Position numbers and translations under genes: made by a program. Shown piece after piece: positions 9,190 to 18,034 of a stretch of DNA of 32,000 nucleotides. The DNA comes from Flammeovirga sp. SJP92 (GTDB taxonomy: Bacteria; Bacteroidota; Bacteroidia; Cytophagales; Flammeovirgaceae), in the NCBI RefSeq assembly GCF_001583495.1, contig NZ_LQAQ01000019.1, positions 242,836 through 274,835 on the forward strand, in the 5' to 3' direction. The notes under the pieces are model-generated. The model searched no databases. It worked only from the letters and a program-made list of their open reading frames with translations, and was not told where the DNA came from. The first letter of the stretch is position 1. The number at the start of each line of letters is the position of its first letter.

Positions 9190-9804
9190 TTAAAAAATAG
9201 ACTCCAGTTGTTTTAATGCAAAAGGAGTATCATTTTCACTTCCCTTTTCTACTAAAACTAACTTCACATTAAGTTGTGATTCAAAACAATCCACCCACCC
9301 GAAAATGCACGCTTTGGTTGACGTAGATTGAAACGTCTGCACTACATTCTCATATAAAAATGGGAGGTCCATTGTGTCTTGAATAAAAAATTGTTGCTCC
9401 CCGTTCCATTTGTGTTTAATGCAAACTTCACCCATCACAATGTTGGGCAAGGTATACACAAAAATACTCGGACTTGGGAAATAGGCCGATGCCTCTTTTA
9501 TGGTATCATGATGCTGTTGGTCGGTGTCTAGTGATGCACTTTTATTGACAAACACTAGCCCTACTTCATCATCATTATATTTCTCTATTAAATTGTTATT
9601 TCTAACCAAAAACTCTGTTGCCAGTACGCCTGCTTTAGACATCAGGTCCATTTTGAAAAACTTGCTGTAACTCAACTCCAGTGACTTGTACACCTTTTTC
9701 AAAAACTGCTTCAGGTCTTCTGCTTCAAAGTGAGCGTCCTCTCCTCTATAAGTAATTTTATTGTTGGAAAGGTGAATGCTGTCTGTTATAAATAAATCTT
9801 TCAT
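9190..9804 (-). CDS. 204-aa KS-like half-domain protein (no catalytic residues); probable partner of the upstream KS
   Basis: SPSIFVYTLPNIVMGEVCIKHKWNG parallels NPSSFIVSTHNTIAGQIGLVLKNNG in the 328-aa KS-like protein, and the PxxFxxxxxNxxAGxIxI block of true KS enzymes. The protein ends after roughly the N-terminal half of a thiolase fold and has no Cys/His/His motifs. Confidence 0.45.
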   Translation of the reverse strand: MKDLFITDSIHLSNNKITYRGEDAHFEAEDLKQFLKKVYKSLELSYSKFFKMDLMSKAGVLATEFLVRNNNLIEKYNDDEVGLVFVNKSASLDTDQQHHDTIKEASAYFPSPSIFVYTLPNIVMGEVCIKHKWNGEQQFFIQDTMDLPFLYENVVQTFQSTSTKACIFGWVDCFESQLNVKLVLVEKGSENDTPFALKQLESIF

Positions 9805-9805
9805 C

Positions 9806-10942
9806 CTATTCCTGTTTTAATAAAATTGCAGCGTTGCATCCTCCAAAGCCAGAGGCTGTTTTTAAGGCTAAAGTAACAGGCTGTTCCACTGTTTCCGTCA
9901 GTACATTGAGCGGTAAAGTGGTACCAAGGTTCTGAAAACCTTTTGTGGCTATCAGCTTATTATTTTTCAGCGAATGCAGGGTAATAATAGACTCCACCAA
10001 TCCTGCTCCCCCTAGTGTATGACCGAAATATCCCTTCAAACTATTCAATGGCTTTTCTTCTAAAGAAAGCCTGTTGAATGCCTGTGCTTCCATTTCGTCA
10101 TTATAAGGTGTGGCAGTGCCATGGGCTGAAATGAAATCAATTTCACTAGCTTCTATTCCATGCTTTTTCAACGTATTGCTTACTGCCCTGAAAACACCTT
10201 CACCTGTTCTTGAGGGTGCTGAAATATGATTTGCATCGTTGTTCATTGCCCCTTCCAGTACTTGCATATCACTTTGGATAGTCGTACTCAAAACCACCGT
10301 TCCAATGGCTTCTCCAAGTGATACTCCTTCACGGTCTTTATCAAAAGGCTGACATGGCTGAGGTGCTACGGCGTTGAATGCTGTGAACCCTGACAAAGTG
10401 AAATTATCTATAATATCACCGCCACAAACCACTATATGTTCGTAAGTTTCCCCTTGTAATAAACGTGCGGCAATGTTCTGTGCAGCCACTCCAGAAATAC
10501 AAGCGGTTGAGATCGTTTGAACGGTATTGGCACATTCAAAATAGTCGCCTACTTTCTGTGCTAACCCTCCAATAAACAATCTTTCTTTCCCGAATTGCTC
10601 CTGTTTGTCTTGGTTTAATAAATCAATATTTCCCTTTGTGGTAGACAACAGTAATAGTGTTTTTTTATCGCTCAAAGAGATATTAGCAGTCTGCAACACA
10701 TCTTGAATGGAAGCGATAAACAACTGCTCCAAACGTGTGTATTCCTCCAAACTTTCAAGCACAGTATGTTCTTTTGCCACACGCCCCATATCAATCAGTG
10801 AAAGATAATTTTCCTGACCTGCATGTACGTTGTGCAATTCCACTCCTGACTTTCCTTGGGATAATGCTTCAAAATTCTCTTCCGGCGTATTGCCAAGTGA
10901 AGAGATCAAAGCATCTGCCACTACATATACCTTCTTCTGCAT
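9806..10942 (-). CDS. Beta-ketoacyl synthase (short FabF-like KS, 378 aa)
   Basis: The Cys-His-His motifs are present: TISTACISGVAAQ, SAHGTATPYND and FGHTLGGAGLVE. Confidence 0.9.
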   Translation of the reverse strand: MQKKVYVVADALISSLGNTPEENFEALSQGKSGVELHNVHAGQENYLSLIDMGRVAKEHTVLESLEEYTRLEQLFIASIQDVLQTANISLSDKKTLLLLSTTKGNIDLLNQDKQEQFGKERLFIGGLAQKVGDYFECANTVQTISTACISGVAAQNIAARLLQGETYEHIVVCGGDIIDNFTLSGFTAFNAVAPQPCQPFDKDREGVSLGEAIGTVVLSTTIQSDMQVLEGAMNNDANHISAPSRTGEGVFRAVSNTLKKHGIEASEIDFISAHGTATPYNDEMEAQAFNRLSLEEKPLNSLKGYFGHTLGGAGLVESIITLHSLKNNKLIATKGFQNLGTTLPLNVLTETVEQPVTLALKTASGFGGCNAAILLKQE

Positions 10943-10948
10943 TTCACA

Positions 10949-11395
10949 CTATTTAATTAAACCCTTTTCACGTTTCCATTCCTCAAAAAACTCAGGGAAC
11001 GTCAACTGCAACTCATGATCTTCTGTAATGAATACCTGTATCGATTTTCCAGTAGCCACCAGCACATTGTCTGAGCTTCTGAATAACCTGAATTTATAAA
11101 TAAGCTTGGCCGCCCTCGTTTCTACAAAAGTAGTTTCCACAATGATTTTATCACCGTAGCGAAGTGGCTGTTTATAATCGCATTTTACACTTACAACGGG
11201 AACCATAAAGCCCTTGTCGTACATCTGCATATAGCTGATGCCGTGTTCTAGGCCAAACGCTTCACGGCCTTCTTCCATGTACTTGATGTAGTGACCATGC
11301 CATACGATACGCATTGTATCCACCTCACTGAAACGTACTGGAAATACCGTTCTGTTGACCAATTCCGTTGCTTCTGCTGTTGAATTACGCTTCAT
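10949..11395 (-). CDS. 4HBT/YbgC-type acyl-CoA (acyl-ACP) thioesterase
   Basis: FPVRFSEVDTMRIVWHGHYIKYMEEGR matches the YbgC/4-hydroxybenzoyl-CoA thioesterase N-terminal Asp motif. The track ORF starts at TTG 11404, and the first ATG is at 11395. Confidence 0.8.
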   Translation of the reverse strand: MKRNSTAEATELVNRTVFPVRFSEVDTMRIVWHGHYIKYMEEGREAFGLEHGISYMQMYDKGFMVPVVSVKCDYKQPLRYGDKIIVETTFVETRAAKLIYKFRLFRSSDNVLVATGKSIQVFITEDHELQLTFPEFFEEWKREKGLIK

Positions 11396-11813
11396 CTTGC
11401 TCAATAAAAATTTTCAACTCTGCTGAAGCAATCACTTCTTCGTTGATCGTAATCACTCCTTCCACAATAGAAGCACCAAACACTTCATTTTTCACGGTTA
11501 CTGTAGTAGTAATCGTTTCTCCCACCAAGGGATGTTTCTGTAATTGAAACCCTTTGATACCACCAATAAACCCTAGCGGTACATCCTTCTCCGCTTGAGC
11601 ACATCTGTACCCCACGCCTGCAGCGGCAGTCTGAGCAATATTCTCTACCAAAGCCGCCGTTTGAAGTTTCCCTTTCCTCACAAAAAGCATATCTTCCTTC
11701 ACTTCTTTTGAAGTTACCGTCACCTTTTCATCGGCCTCCAAAAGATTATCGACCAAAATAAACGGTGCGCGCTGAGGAATATATTGTTCTATTGTTTCTG
11801 CTGTAGCTATCAT
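11385..11813 (-). CDS. Hotdog-fold dehydratase-like protein (ApeI/ApeP-type)
   Basis: IEQYIPQRAPFILVDNLL resembles the FabZ N-terminal LPHRYPFLLVD block, and LVENIAQTAAA resembles the hotdog central helix. ATG 11813 forms an ATGA overlap with the upstream stop (11810-11812). The track's ATG at 11831 is the alternative start. Confidence 0.65.
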   Translation of the reverse strand: MIATAETIEQYIPQRAPFILVDNLLEADEKVTVTSKEVKEDMLFVRKGKLQTAALVENIAQTAAAGVGYRCAQAEKDVPLGFIGGIKGFQLQKHPLVGETITTTVTVKNEVFGASIVEGVITINEEVIASAELKIFIEQDEA

Positions 11814-13186
11814 TGTGTTATCAGTTCCCATAGTGGGCCTTTTTTATTTCTTTCTCTTAAAAACTTCATATTTTCAGAGATCTCATCCATTTCTGTCGGG
11901 AACACCCACTTTCTGCCTGTTGCCTTTGCCAATTCCTGAATATTGGATAAATCCACCTTATCAGAAATGTAATATTTAGGCGTAAGCAAAGAAGTATCTT
12001 TTGTGATCACCCCTTCTTCCAGTGCAATATCATACAGTGGCGTATTCGGGAAAATCCTCATGCCGACAAATGGGAAAAAGACCGTCCTCGGAAATCTTTT
12101 AGAGTTTTCTAATGTCTCTCTTATTGTTTCGTCCGTTTCTCCAACACCTCCTAAAATCAAAAAGTGAGCAAAGTGAATGCCCACCTCATCACACAGTTCT
12201 GAAACGCGAACGACTTCATCTACATTGAATTTCTTACCGTACCTTTTCAGCTGTGCATCTGACAGTGAATCCGTACCGAATTCAATATGCGTCAACCCAG
12301 ATTTCTTAAACAGTTCCAGGTCTTCTTTGGTAATATTGAAAGGAGAAAAATAGGCCATCCATTTTATCTTGATGCCATTCTCAATGATTTTCTCCGCCAA
12401 TACTCTATTGTATTCTGCATTGAGATTAAAGACTGAATCTGTAAAAAATACATGATCGCCTTGGTTCTCTTTTTGTATTTTCTTTAATGAATCAATGATT
12501 AAATCCTGATCCAACATTCTTACTTTTCTACCTTCAATACTAGGATAACTGCAGTACACGCATTTGTACGGACAGCCTCTTTTGGTTTGAATATTAATCA
12601 AACCGCTTTCTTTCCAATAATATTCTAACAGATTAGGATCAAATGCAAAACGGAGTGCACATGAGTAATCTTTCTTGTCATTGAAAACCACTTCACCGTC
12701 TTTTTCATAGACCAATGACTGAATGTTCTCAACGGAAGTGTTATTATCCAGTGCTTGAATCAGTTGTGTCAGACTTTCTTCACCTTCACCCACTACGCCA
12801 TAGTCTGCACCTAATTCTTTATAAAGTTCTTTGTAGAAAATCGAATAACCAGATCCTCCAAGGATGATTTTAGCATCCGAAACACTCTTTACCGTATCAA
12901 TCAGCGATTTGTAATGCTGAATAAAACTAGCTTGATGATAAGAGTCAGAATCATCAATATTTCGTAAAGAAACCCCTACATAATCGGGATTAATATCTTT
13001 TACTTTTGCTTTAAGTTCGTCAAGTGACGCAAGGTTACAATCAATTAATGAAACTCTATGCGTGGGTAATTTTTCTCTTAAATAGGTGGCTAGATAAGAT
13101 ATTCCAATCGGGTAAACAGGATAAGGAACCTTGAATTGGTTTGCAGATAAAAGTACTACTTGTTTGTTTGCTATTCCGATAGACAT
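11810..13186 (-). CDS. B12-binding-domain radical SAM enzyme (class-B radical SAM family)
   Basis: CX3CX2C is present in RGCPYKCVYCSY. The N-terminal region VVLLSANQFKVPYPVYPIGISYLATYL...DYVGVSL is typical of the cobalamin-binding domain of BchE/P-methylase-type enzymes. The track ORF starts at TTG 13198, whereas ATG 13186 overlaps the upstream stop as TAATG. Confidence 0.85.
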   Translation of the reverse strand: MSIGIANKQVVLLSANQFKVPYPVYPIGISYLATYLREKLPTHRVSLIDCNLASLDELKAKVKDINPDYVGVSLRNIDDSDSYHQASFIQHYKSLIDTVKSVSDAKIILGGSGYSIFYKELYKELGADYGVVGEGEESLTQLIQALDNNTSVENIQSLVYEKDGEVVFNDKKDYSCALRFAFDPNLLEYYWKESGLINIQTKRGCPYKCVYCSYPSIEGRKVRMLDQDLIIDSLKKIQKENQGDHVFFTDSVFNLNAEYNRVLAEKIIENGIKIKWMAYFSPFNITKEDLELFKKSGLTHIEFGTDSLSDAQLKRYGKKFNVDEVVRVSELCDEVGIHFAHFLILGGVGETDETIRETLENSKRFPRTVFFPFVGMRIFPNTPLYDIALEEGVITKDTSLLTPKYYISDKVDLSNIQELAKATGRKWVFPTEMDEISENMKFLRERNKKGPLWELITQ

Positions 13187-14049
13187 TATTTTTTCCAAAA
13201 ATCGTAAAAATTAAACCATTGTTCTGGATAATCCTGTACTTTCTGTTCGACCAGTTTTATGTATTGCTCCGCCAATTCTTTACTTTTCATTCCTTCATAG
13301 GCAACTGACGAATTCAACTTATAATGCATTCCTTTGTCTTTCATGGCAAATGCAAAGCAAACAGGTACTTTCAATCGGCTTGCCATATCAAATACACTCT
13401 TAGGGAATAATGCTTTTTCACCGAGAAAATCCAATTCCAATGTAGGTGCTCCACTTAGAAAGCGATCCCCTTGAATACAGAGAATTTCTCCATTTTTCAA
13501 AGCTTTGTTAATAAGAAAAATATGTGACATATCTTCTTTGATCGCAATCACATTAAAATTTCTATTTCCCAACTGTGATGAAACGAGAGCCTTAATTTTC
13601 TGATACTCTGCATCAAACATCACAACATGTATTTTGGTGGATAAACGGTCCAGCAACTGCCCTGCAATTTCCCAGTTTCCGATGTGTGCCGTGATGATCA
13701 TACCTCCCTTCCCGGTTTCCCCAAGGGCGTGCAATCTCTCTTCTCCGTCACAATCAAAAGTATAACGCTCTTTGATAGGCGTCATCATTGCAAACTTGTC
13801 AAGCAACACTCTTCCAAAAGTAATTCTATTGGTAAAGATATGTTTCGCGGCTTTGAATGTTGAAAAGCCTAATCTCTCCTTATAGAATCGATAGGAAATA
13901 CGGGAAGATTTAGGATCAAAAAGAACGTAGTAGGGTACTACTAAATACAAAAGTGCACTTGCAGGACCCACTCCAAAATTCTTTAGGAAAAAGATAAAAA
14001 TACTATAACCTAATACTCCTCCCTTTGTTTTTCCACTCCAAACAGACAT
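13186..14049 (-). CDS. LpxL/HtrB-family (lysophospholipid/lipid A-type) acyltransferase
   Basis: ITAHIGNWEIAGQ matches the LpxL-family HxxxWE catalytic motif. There is an N-terminal hydrophobic anchor, and the size (287 aa) fits. Confidence 0.75.
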   Translation of the reverse strand: MSVWSGKTKGGVLGYSIFIFFLKNFGVGPASALLYLVVPYYVLFDPKSSRISYRFYKERLGFSTFKAAKHIFTNRITFGRVLLDKFAMMTPIKERYTFDCDGEERLHALGETGKGGMIITAHIGNWEIAGQLLDRLSTKIHVVMFDAEYQKIKALVSSQLGNRNFNVIAIKEDMSHIFLINKALKNGEILCIQGDRFLSGAPTLELDFLGEKALFPKSVFDMASRLKVPVCFAFAMKDKGMHYKLNSSVAYEGMKSKELAEQYIKLVEQKVQDYPEQWFNFYDFWKK

Positions 14050-14072
14050 AAAAAATGTATTCTAAAAGTGGT

Positions 14073-14330
14073 TTATTGAACTACTCCCGCATTCACTTTA
14101 TTGATGATGTAATCATAGAAGTCTTGGAAAGTTTTGATACCTACAAAATCTTCTGTTTTTACTTTGAAGTTGAAGTTACTTTCAATTTCTACTACTAGAT
14201 CGATATAATCTAAGCTATCAAGCTCTAACGTATCTTTCAATACTGCTTCAGGCTCAATGTCTTCTCTTTCTACTTCAAACTCCTCCACTAAGAAGTTGTT
14301 GATTGTTTCAATGATTTCTTCGTTTGTCAT
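14073..14330 (-). CDS. Acyl carrier protein
   Basis: An 85-aa acidic protein with LELDSLDYIDLVVEIE (DSL phosphopantetheine site). Confidence 0.85.
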   Translation of the reverse strand: MTNEEIIETINNFLVEEFEVEREDIEPEAVLKDTLELDSLDYIDLVVEIESNFNFKVKTEDFVGIKTFQDFYDYIINKVNAGVVQ

Positions 14331-14413
14331 TTTTGTAATTTAATTTATGTGAACAGAAATATATTTTGTTTCAAGCCCAAATTACTTCAAAATAACTTCG
14401 GCTTGAAAAGTAT

Positions 14414-15643
14414 TTATTTTTTAAACTTACGGACAATAAGGGTAGAGTTCGTTCCTCCAAATCCGAATGAGTTCGACAAGAAAGTGTCAATTTCAGTATC
14501 TACCGCTTCCTTTGGAATGTTTAATTCCGCCGCTTCCTCACAAGGATTTTCTAAGTTGATATTTGGTGCTACAAATGAATTATTCATCATTAGCAAAGAA
14601 TAAACCATTTCACTCGCTCCTGCCATCCAGCACTCGTGGCCGGTCATGGATTTTGTAGAAGAAATGTAAGGTTTTGCATCACCAAAAATATGATCAATGG
14701 CTTTCGCCTCATTGGCATCCCCTACTGGAGTGGATGTAGCATGCGCATTGATGTAATCAATATCTGCTGGTGTAATTTCCGCCTGATCAATCGCCATCTG
14801 CAATGATCTCGCAGGTCCTTCCATATTTGGATTAGAAATATGATCGCCGTTAGATGAAAAACCAAAACCGATGATTTCACCTAAAATTGGTGCATTTCTG
14901 GCCTCAGCACTTTCCAAGCTTTCAATGATCACTGTTGCCGCTCCACCACTTGGAATCAAACCGTCTCTGTCACTGTCAAATGGTCTTGATGCTTTTGTAG
15001 GGTCATCTTCTCGAATAGAAAAGGCACTCAAACCATCAAAACTACCCATGGCATAAGGATTGATTTCCTGTGCTCCACCGCAAATAATTCGATCTTGAAG
15101 GCCCATCTGAATCAGCAAATAACCGAAACCAATGGAGTGTGATCCACTTGAACAAGCTGAACTCACTGTCATATTGATCCCCTTCAACTTGAAGATGGTA
15201 GAAAGGTTCATCGTTACAGTGGAATTCATGGACTGGAAAATAGAACCAGAACCTAGTAAAGTGGTATCTTTTTTCTCTCTGATAGTATCAGTGGCATGTA
15301 CCACCGCCTTTGCAGAACTATCATTGCCATAAAGAATACCGAAGTTATTTTCAGCAATAAATTCTTTATCCAACCCTGCATTTTCTATGGCCTCAAGCGT
15401 AGCATTCAATGCATACTCACCTTGTTCTGCCAATCTTGCTTTTTCTCTCTTCTTGATTACACCTTTCAAGTTTGGTGCATCCACCATTCCTGTCAGTGCA
15501 GATCTGTAACCCATTTCCTTACGCTCCTCATCATAAACGATTCCTGATTTTCCTTCGCGTAAAGATTGTGTTACCTCCTCAAGATTTTCACCTATACATG
15601 AATAAATTCCTATACCTGTAATGACAACTCTTCTTTTCATCAT
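14414..15643 (-). CDS. Beta-ketoacyl-ACP synthase I/II-like (FabB/FabF family)
   Basis: The Cys-His-His motifs are present: VSSACSSGSHSIG, NAHATSTPVGD and TGHECWMAGASE. Confidence 0.9.
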   Translation of the reverse strand: MMKRRVVITGIGIYSCIGENLEEVTQSLREGKSGIVYDEERKEMGYRSALTGMVDAPNLKGVIKKREKARLAEQGEYALNATLEAIENAGLDKEFIAENNFGILYGNDSSAKAVVHATDTIREKKDTTLLGSGSIFQSMNSTVTMNLSTIFKLKGINMTVSSACSSGSHSIGFGYLLIQMGLQDRIICGGAQEINPYAMGSFDGLSAFSIREDDPTKASRPFDSDRDGLIPSGGAATVIIESLESAEARNAPILGEIIGFGFSSNGDHISNPNMEGPARSLQMAIDQAEITPADIDYINAHATSTPVGDANEAKAIDHIFGDAKPYISSTKSMTGHECWMAGASEMVYSLLMMNNSFVAPNINLENPCEEAAELNIPKEAVDTEIDTFLSNSFGFGGTNSTLIVRKFKK

Positions 15644-15658
15644 TAATTTCTTTTTGGT

Positions 15659-16387
15659 TTATGTATATAGCCCGCCGTTAATTGACAACACCTCTCCTGT
15701 GATATAAGAAGCGTCTTTTGAAGCCAAGAACCCTACTGCCGCCGCCACTTCACTTGCTTCTCCAAAACGTTTTGCCGGAATCAAGCTCTTCAACTGCTTC
15801 TCATCCAAGTCTTCTGTCATTTCAGTTTTAATGAAGCCCGGTGCTACAGCATTGACTGTCACCTTTCTTCTTCCTACTTCCTGAGCAAGGGCTTTTGTTG
15901 CACCTATCACACCTGCTTTTGCTGCAGAATAGTTGGTCTGACCCGGCATACCTTTGATACCCGAAAGTGATACAATGTTGATCACCCTTCCAAACTTCTG
16001 TGCCAGCATGCCTTTCAGTACCGAACGCGTCACGTAGTTGAATCCTTTTAAATTCACATCCAATACGCTGTCCCACTCTTCGTCTTCCATAAACAAGAAA
16101 ACGGCATCTTTTCTGAAACCGGCATTATTGACAAGGACTTCGATCACATCTTCTGTGTGTTCTTCCACCCACGTTCCTAATACCTCATTCACTTCTTCTT
16201 TAGAAGAAACGTCAAACTTCAACAGTTCACCGTCCTGCCCTTCTTGTCTTACTAACTCAAGCGTTTCGTTCGCCGCCTCCACATTCGATTGGAAATTGAT
16301 CAGAATATTATAGCCGTCTTGTGCTAGTTTTACCGCAACTGCACGCCCTATTCCTCTGCTTGCTCCAGTGACCAGTGCGTATTTCAT
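15659..16387 (-). CDS. 3-oxoacyl-ACP reductase (FabG-like SDR)
   Basis: SDR motifs are present: TGASRGIGRA, NNAG and YSAAKAG. Confidence 0.9.
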   Translation of the reverse strand: MKYALVTGASRGIGRAVAVKLAQDGYNILINFQSNVEAANETLELVRQEGQDGELLKFDVSSKEEVNEVLGTWVEEHTEDVIEVLVNNAGFRKDAVFLFMEDEEWDSVLDVNLKGFNYVTRSVLKGMLAQKFGRVINIVSLSGIKGMPGQTNYSAAKAGVIGATKALAQEVGRRKVTVNAVAPGFIKTEMTEDLDEKQLKSLIPAKRFGEASEVAAAVGFLASKDASYITGEVLSINGGLYT

Positions 16388-16396
16388 ACTTTATCG

Positions 16397-17962
16397 TTAA
16401 ATTTCTTTTGCTACTTGTTTAAAAAATTGAGTTGTGTTTTCTGCACTCAAGACTTCTTTCAGTTTTCTTAAGTCTTTAAAAATTGGGTAATCCTCTTTAA
16501 AAGGAGGTACCACACTGCAAATCAACTCATAGACCGCATTCAATTTTGGGTCCATTTTATCTTGAATTTTCAAATAACTCACCGCCTGTGCAATGCTCAA
16601 CTGATACGTTGCCACCACTTCAAATGAGTTTTCGATCACCTTTTTGGTCAGCAATGCTGAGTTGGTTCCCATACTCACTATATCCTGATTGTCATTGTTG
16701 TTTGGAATACTATGGACATAGTTCGGGAAAGAGATCGATTGATTTTCTGCTACTGTGGAAGTGACCGGAAACTGTGCTCCCTGCATTCCAAAGTTCAGCC
16801 CCAACGTTCCGTGATTAATAAACGGAGGAAGAATGTTGTTGAGTTTATGATTAAATAGGTAATTCAATTGACGATCCATCAACATCGACAATTTTGTCAT
16901 TACTATTTTTAATTTATCCATGGCCAGAGAAACATAATCACCGTGGAAGTTACCGCCGTGATATACATTTTCTGTTTTTGAGCAAATGATAGGGTTATCA
17001 CTTACTGAGTTCGCTTCGTTTAAGACTACTTTCTCCACTTCTCTCAAAGTTTCTAAAATAGGACCTAAAATCTGAGGAACGCATCGGATAGAATAATATT
17101 CCTGTACTTTGTCTTGGAAAACAGCAATAGATTGTGCTTCATCCTGATAAAGTACATTTTCTCTTTTACGGATCAATTGAGAATCTTCTACCAACGTACG
17201 GATCATTCCAGCAATGTCATGCTGTCCTGGGTGCGTTTTAGCGGCATTCAATTCTTCAGAGAAATAATCATCAAAACTGCTGACTACTTCATTGATTGTA
17301 GCGGAGCCTATCACCACCCAATCCAATAGTTTATAAGCTTGAAGCAGATTGACTGCACCAATACCTGTCATGCAAGATGTACCATTCAATAAGGCTAATC
17401 CTTCACGCAAATGAATCTGCAATGGTTTCAACTGCTCTTTTTCAAATACTTCTTTTGCATCACAAACTTCGCCGTTGTACTCCACTTCACCTTCACCTAT
17501 CAATGCCAATGCAAGGTGTGCCAGCTGTACCAAGTCTCCACTTGCTCCAACTCCACCGTGTTCGTAAATAACAGGAATGATGTTTCTATTTAAAAGCTCA
17601 ATCATTAAGTGGATCAATTCAATATGAACCCCTGATTTCGCTTGCAAGAAGGTATTTAGTCTGCAAAGCAATAATGATTTAGCATGTAAAAGAGTTATTT
17701 TTTTTCCACCGCCTGAGGCATGGCTTCTGATAAGGTTGTATTGTAGTTGAATTTGATCACTTTCATTTACCTTATATTGGGCCATAGGTCCAAAACCTGT
17801 ATTGATGCCATAAATGATTTTATCAGATGAAAATTCTTGGAGAAAATTATAGTTTTCTATGATTTTCTTTTTGGCTGATGGATTTAATATTATTTGTTCG
17901 TTTCTAAGAAGTATATCTTCAAAAAAATCAAGCTTGCTAATATTACCTTCAATAGATAACAT
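16397..17962 (-). CDS. Aromatic amino acid ammonia-lyase, most likely tyrosine ammonia-lyase (FlxA/FjTAL-like), first gene of the operon
   Basis: The MIO-forming Ala-Ser-Gly is present in GGVGASGDLVQLAHLA. The N-terminal third (IIYGINTGFGPMAQY...SDQIQLQYNLIRSH) closely resembles my memory of the Flavobacterium johnsoniae TAL. The context is a polyene-pigment operon with no hut genes. Confidence 0.8.
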   Translation of the reverse strand: MLSIEGNISKLDFFEDILLRNEQIILNPSAKKKIIENYNFLQEFSSDKIIYGINTGFGPMAQYKVNESDQIQLQYNLIRSHASGGGKKITLLHAKSLLLCRLNTFLQAKSGVHIELIHLMIELLNRNIIPVIYEHGGVGASGDLVQLAHLALALIGEGEVEYNGEVCDAKEVFEKEQLKPLQIHLREGLALLNGTSCMTGIGAVNLLQAYKLLDWVVIGSATINEVVSSFDDYFSEELNAAKTHPGQHDIAGMIRTLVEDSQLIRKRENVLYQDEAQSIAVFQDKVQEYYSIRCVPQILGPILETLREVEKVVLNEANSVSDNPIICSKTENVYHGGNFHGDYVSLAMDKLKIVMTKLSMLMDRQLNYLFNHKLNNILPPFINHGTLGLNFGMQGAQFPVTSTVAENQSISFPNYVHSIPNNNDNQDIVSMGTNSALLTKKVIENSFEVVATYQLSIAQAVSYLKIQDKMDPKLNAVYELICSVVPPFKEDYPIFKDLRKLKEVLSAENTTQFFKQVAKEI

Positions 17963-18002
17963 GATACTTTAAAAAAATTGTGATAAAGTAGTATTTGAAG
18001 TG

Positions 18003-18034
18003 CAAATGTAACAGTTTAACTTAAAAAGTTAAAC
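18003..18034 (-). promoter_or_regulatory. Candidate operon promoter -7 box plus adjacent inverted repeat
   Basis: The minus strand of 18003-18010 reads TACATTTG, matching the Bacteroidetes -7 consensus TAnnTTTG, about 40 nt upstream of the TAL ATG. Immediately upstream is GTTTAAC-N7-GTTAAAC (18014-18020 / 18028-18034). Confidence 0.3.

Noticed and set aside
14370-14407. The hairpin ttcaagcc/ggcttgaa (8-bp stem, 22-nt loop) in the 83-nt gap before the ACP gene, considered as an internal terminator.
   Set aside because: The stem is short, the loop is large, and no U-tract follows on the transcribed strand. At most it is an mRNA stability element, which is not enough to call.
4428-17593. About 25 plus-strand ORFs of 60-120 aa scattered through the pigment operon.
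   Set aside because: Every one is embedded antisense in a minus-strand gene that has clear family motifs. None has a signal, motif or paralog of its own.
16397-17962. Annotating the ammonia-lyase as histidase (HutH).
   Set aside because: There are no hutU/hutI/hutG neighbours. The gene is the first cistron of a polyene-pigment operon, and its sequence resembles the Bacteroidetes TAL as I recall it. The HAL-type Ser-His is reported as a finding instead.
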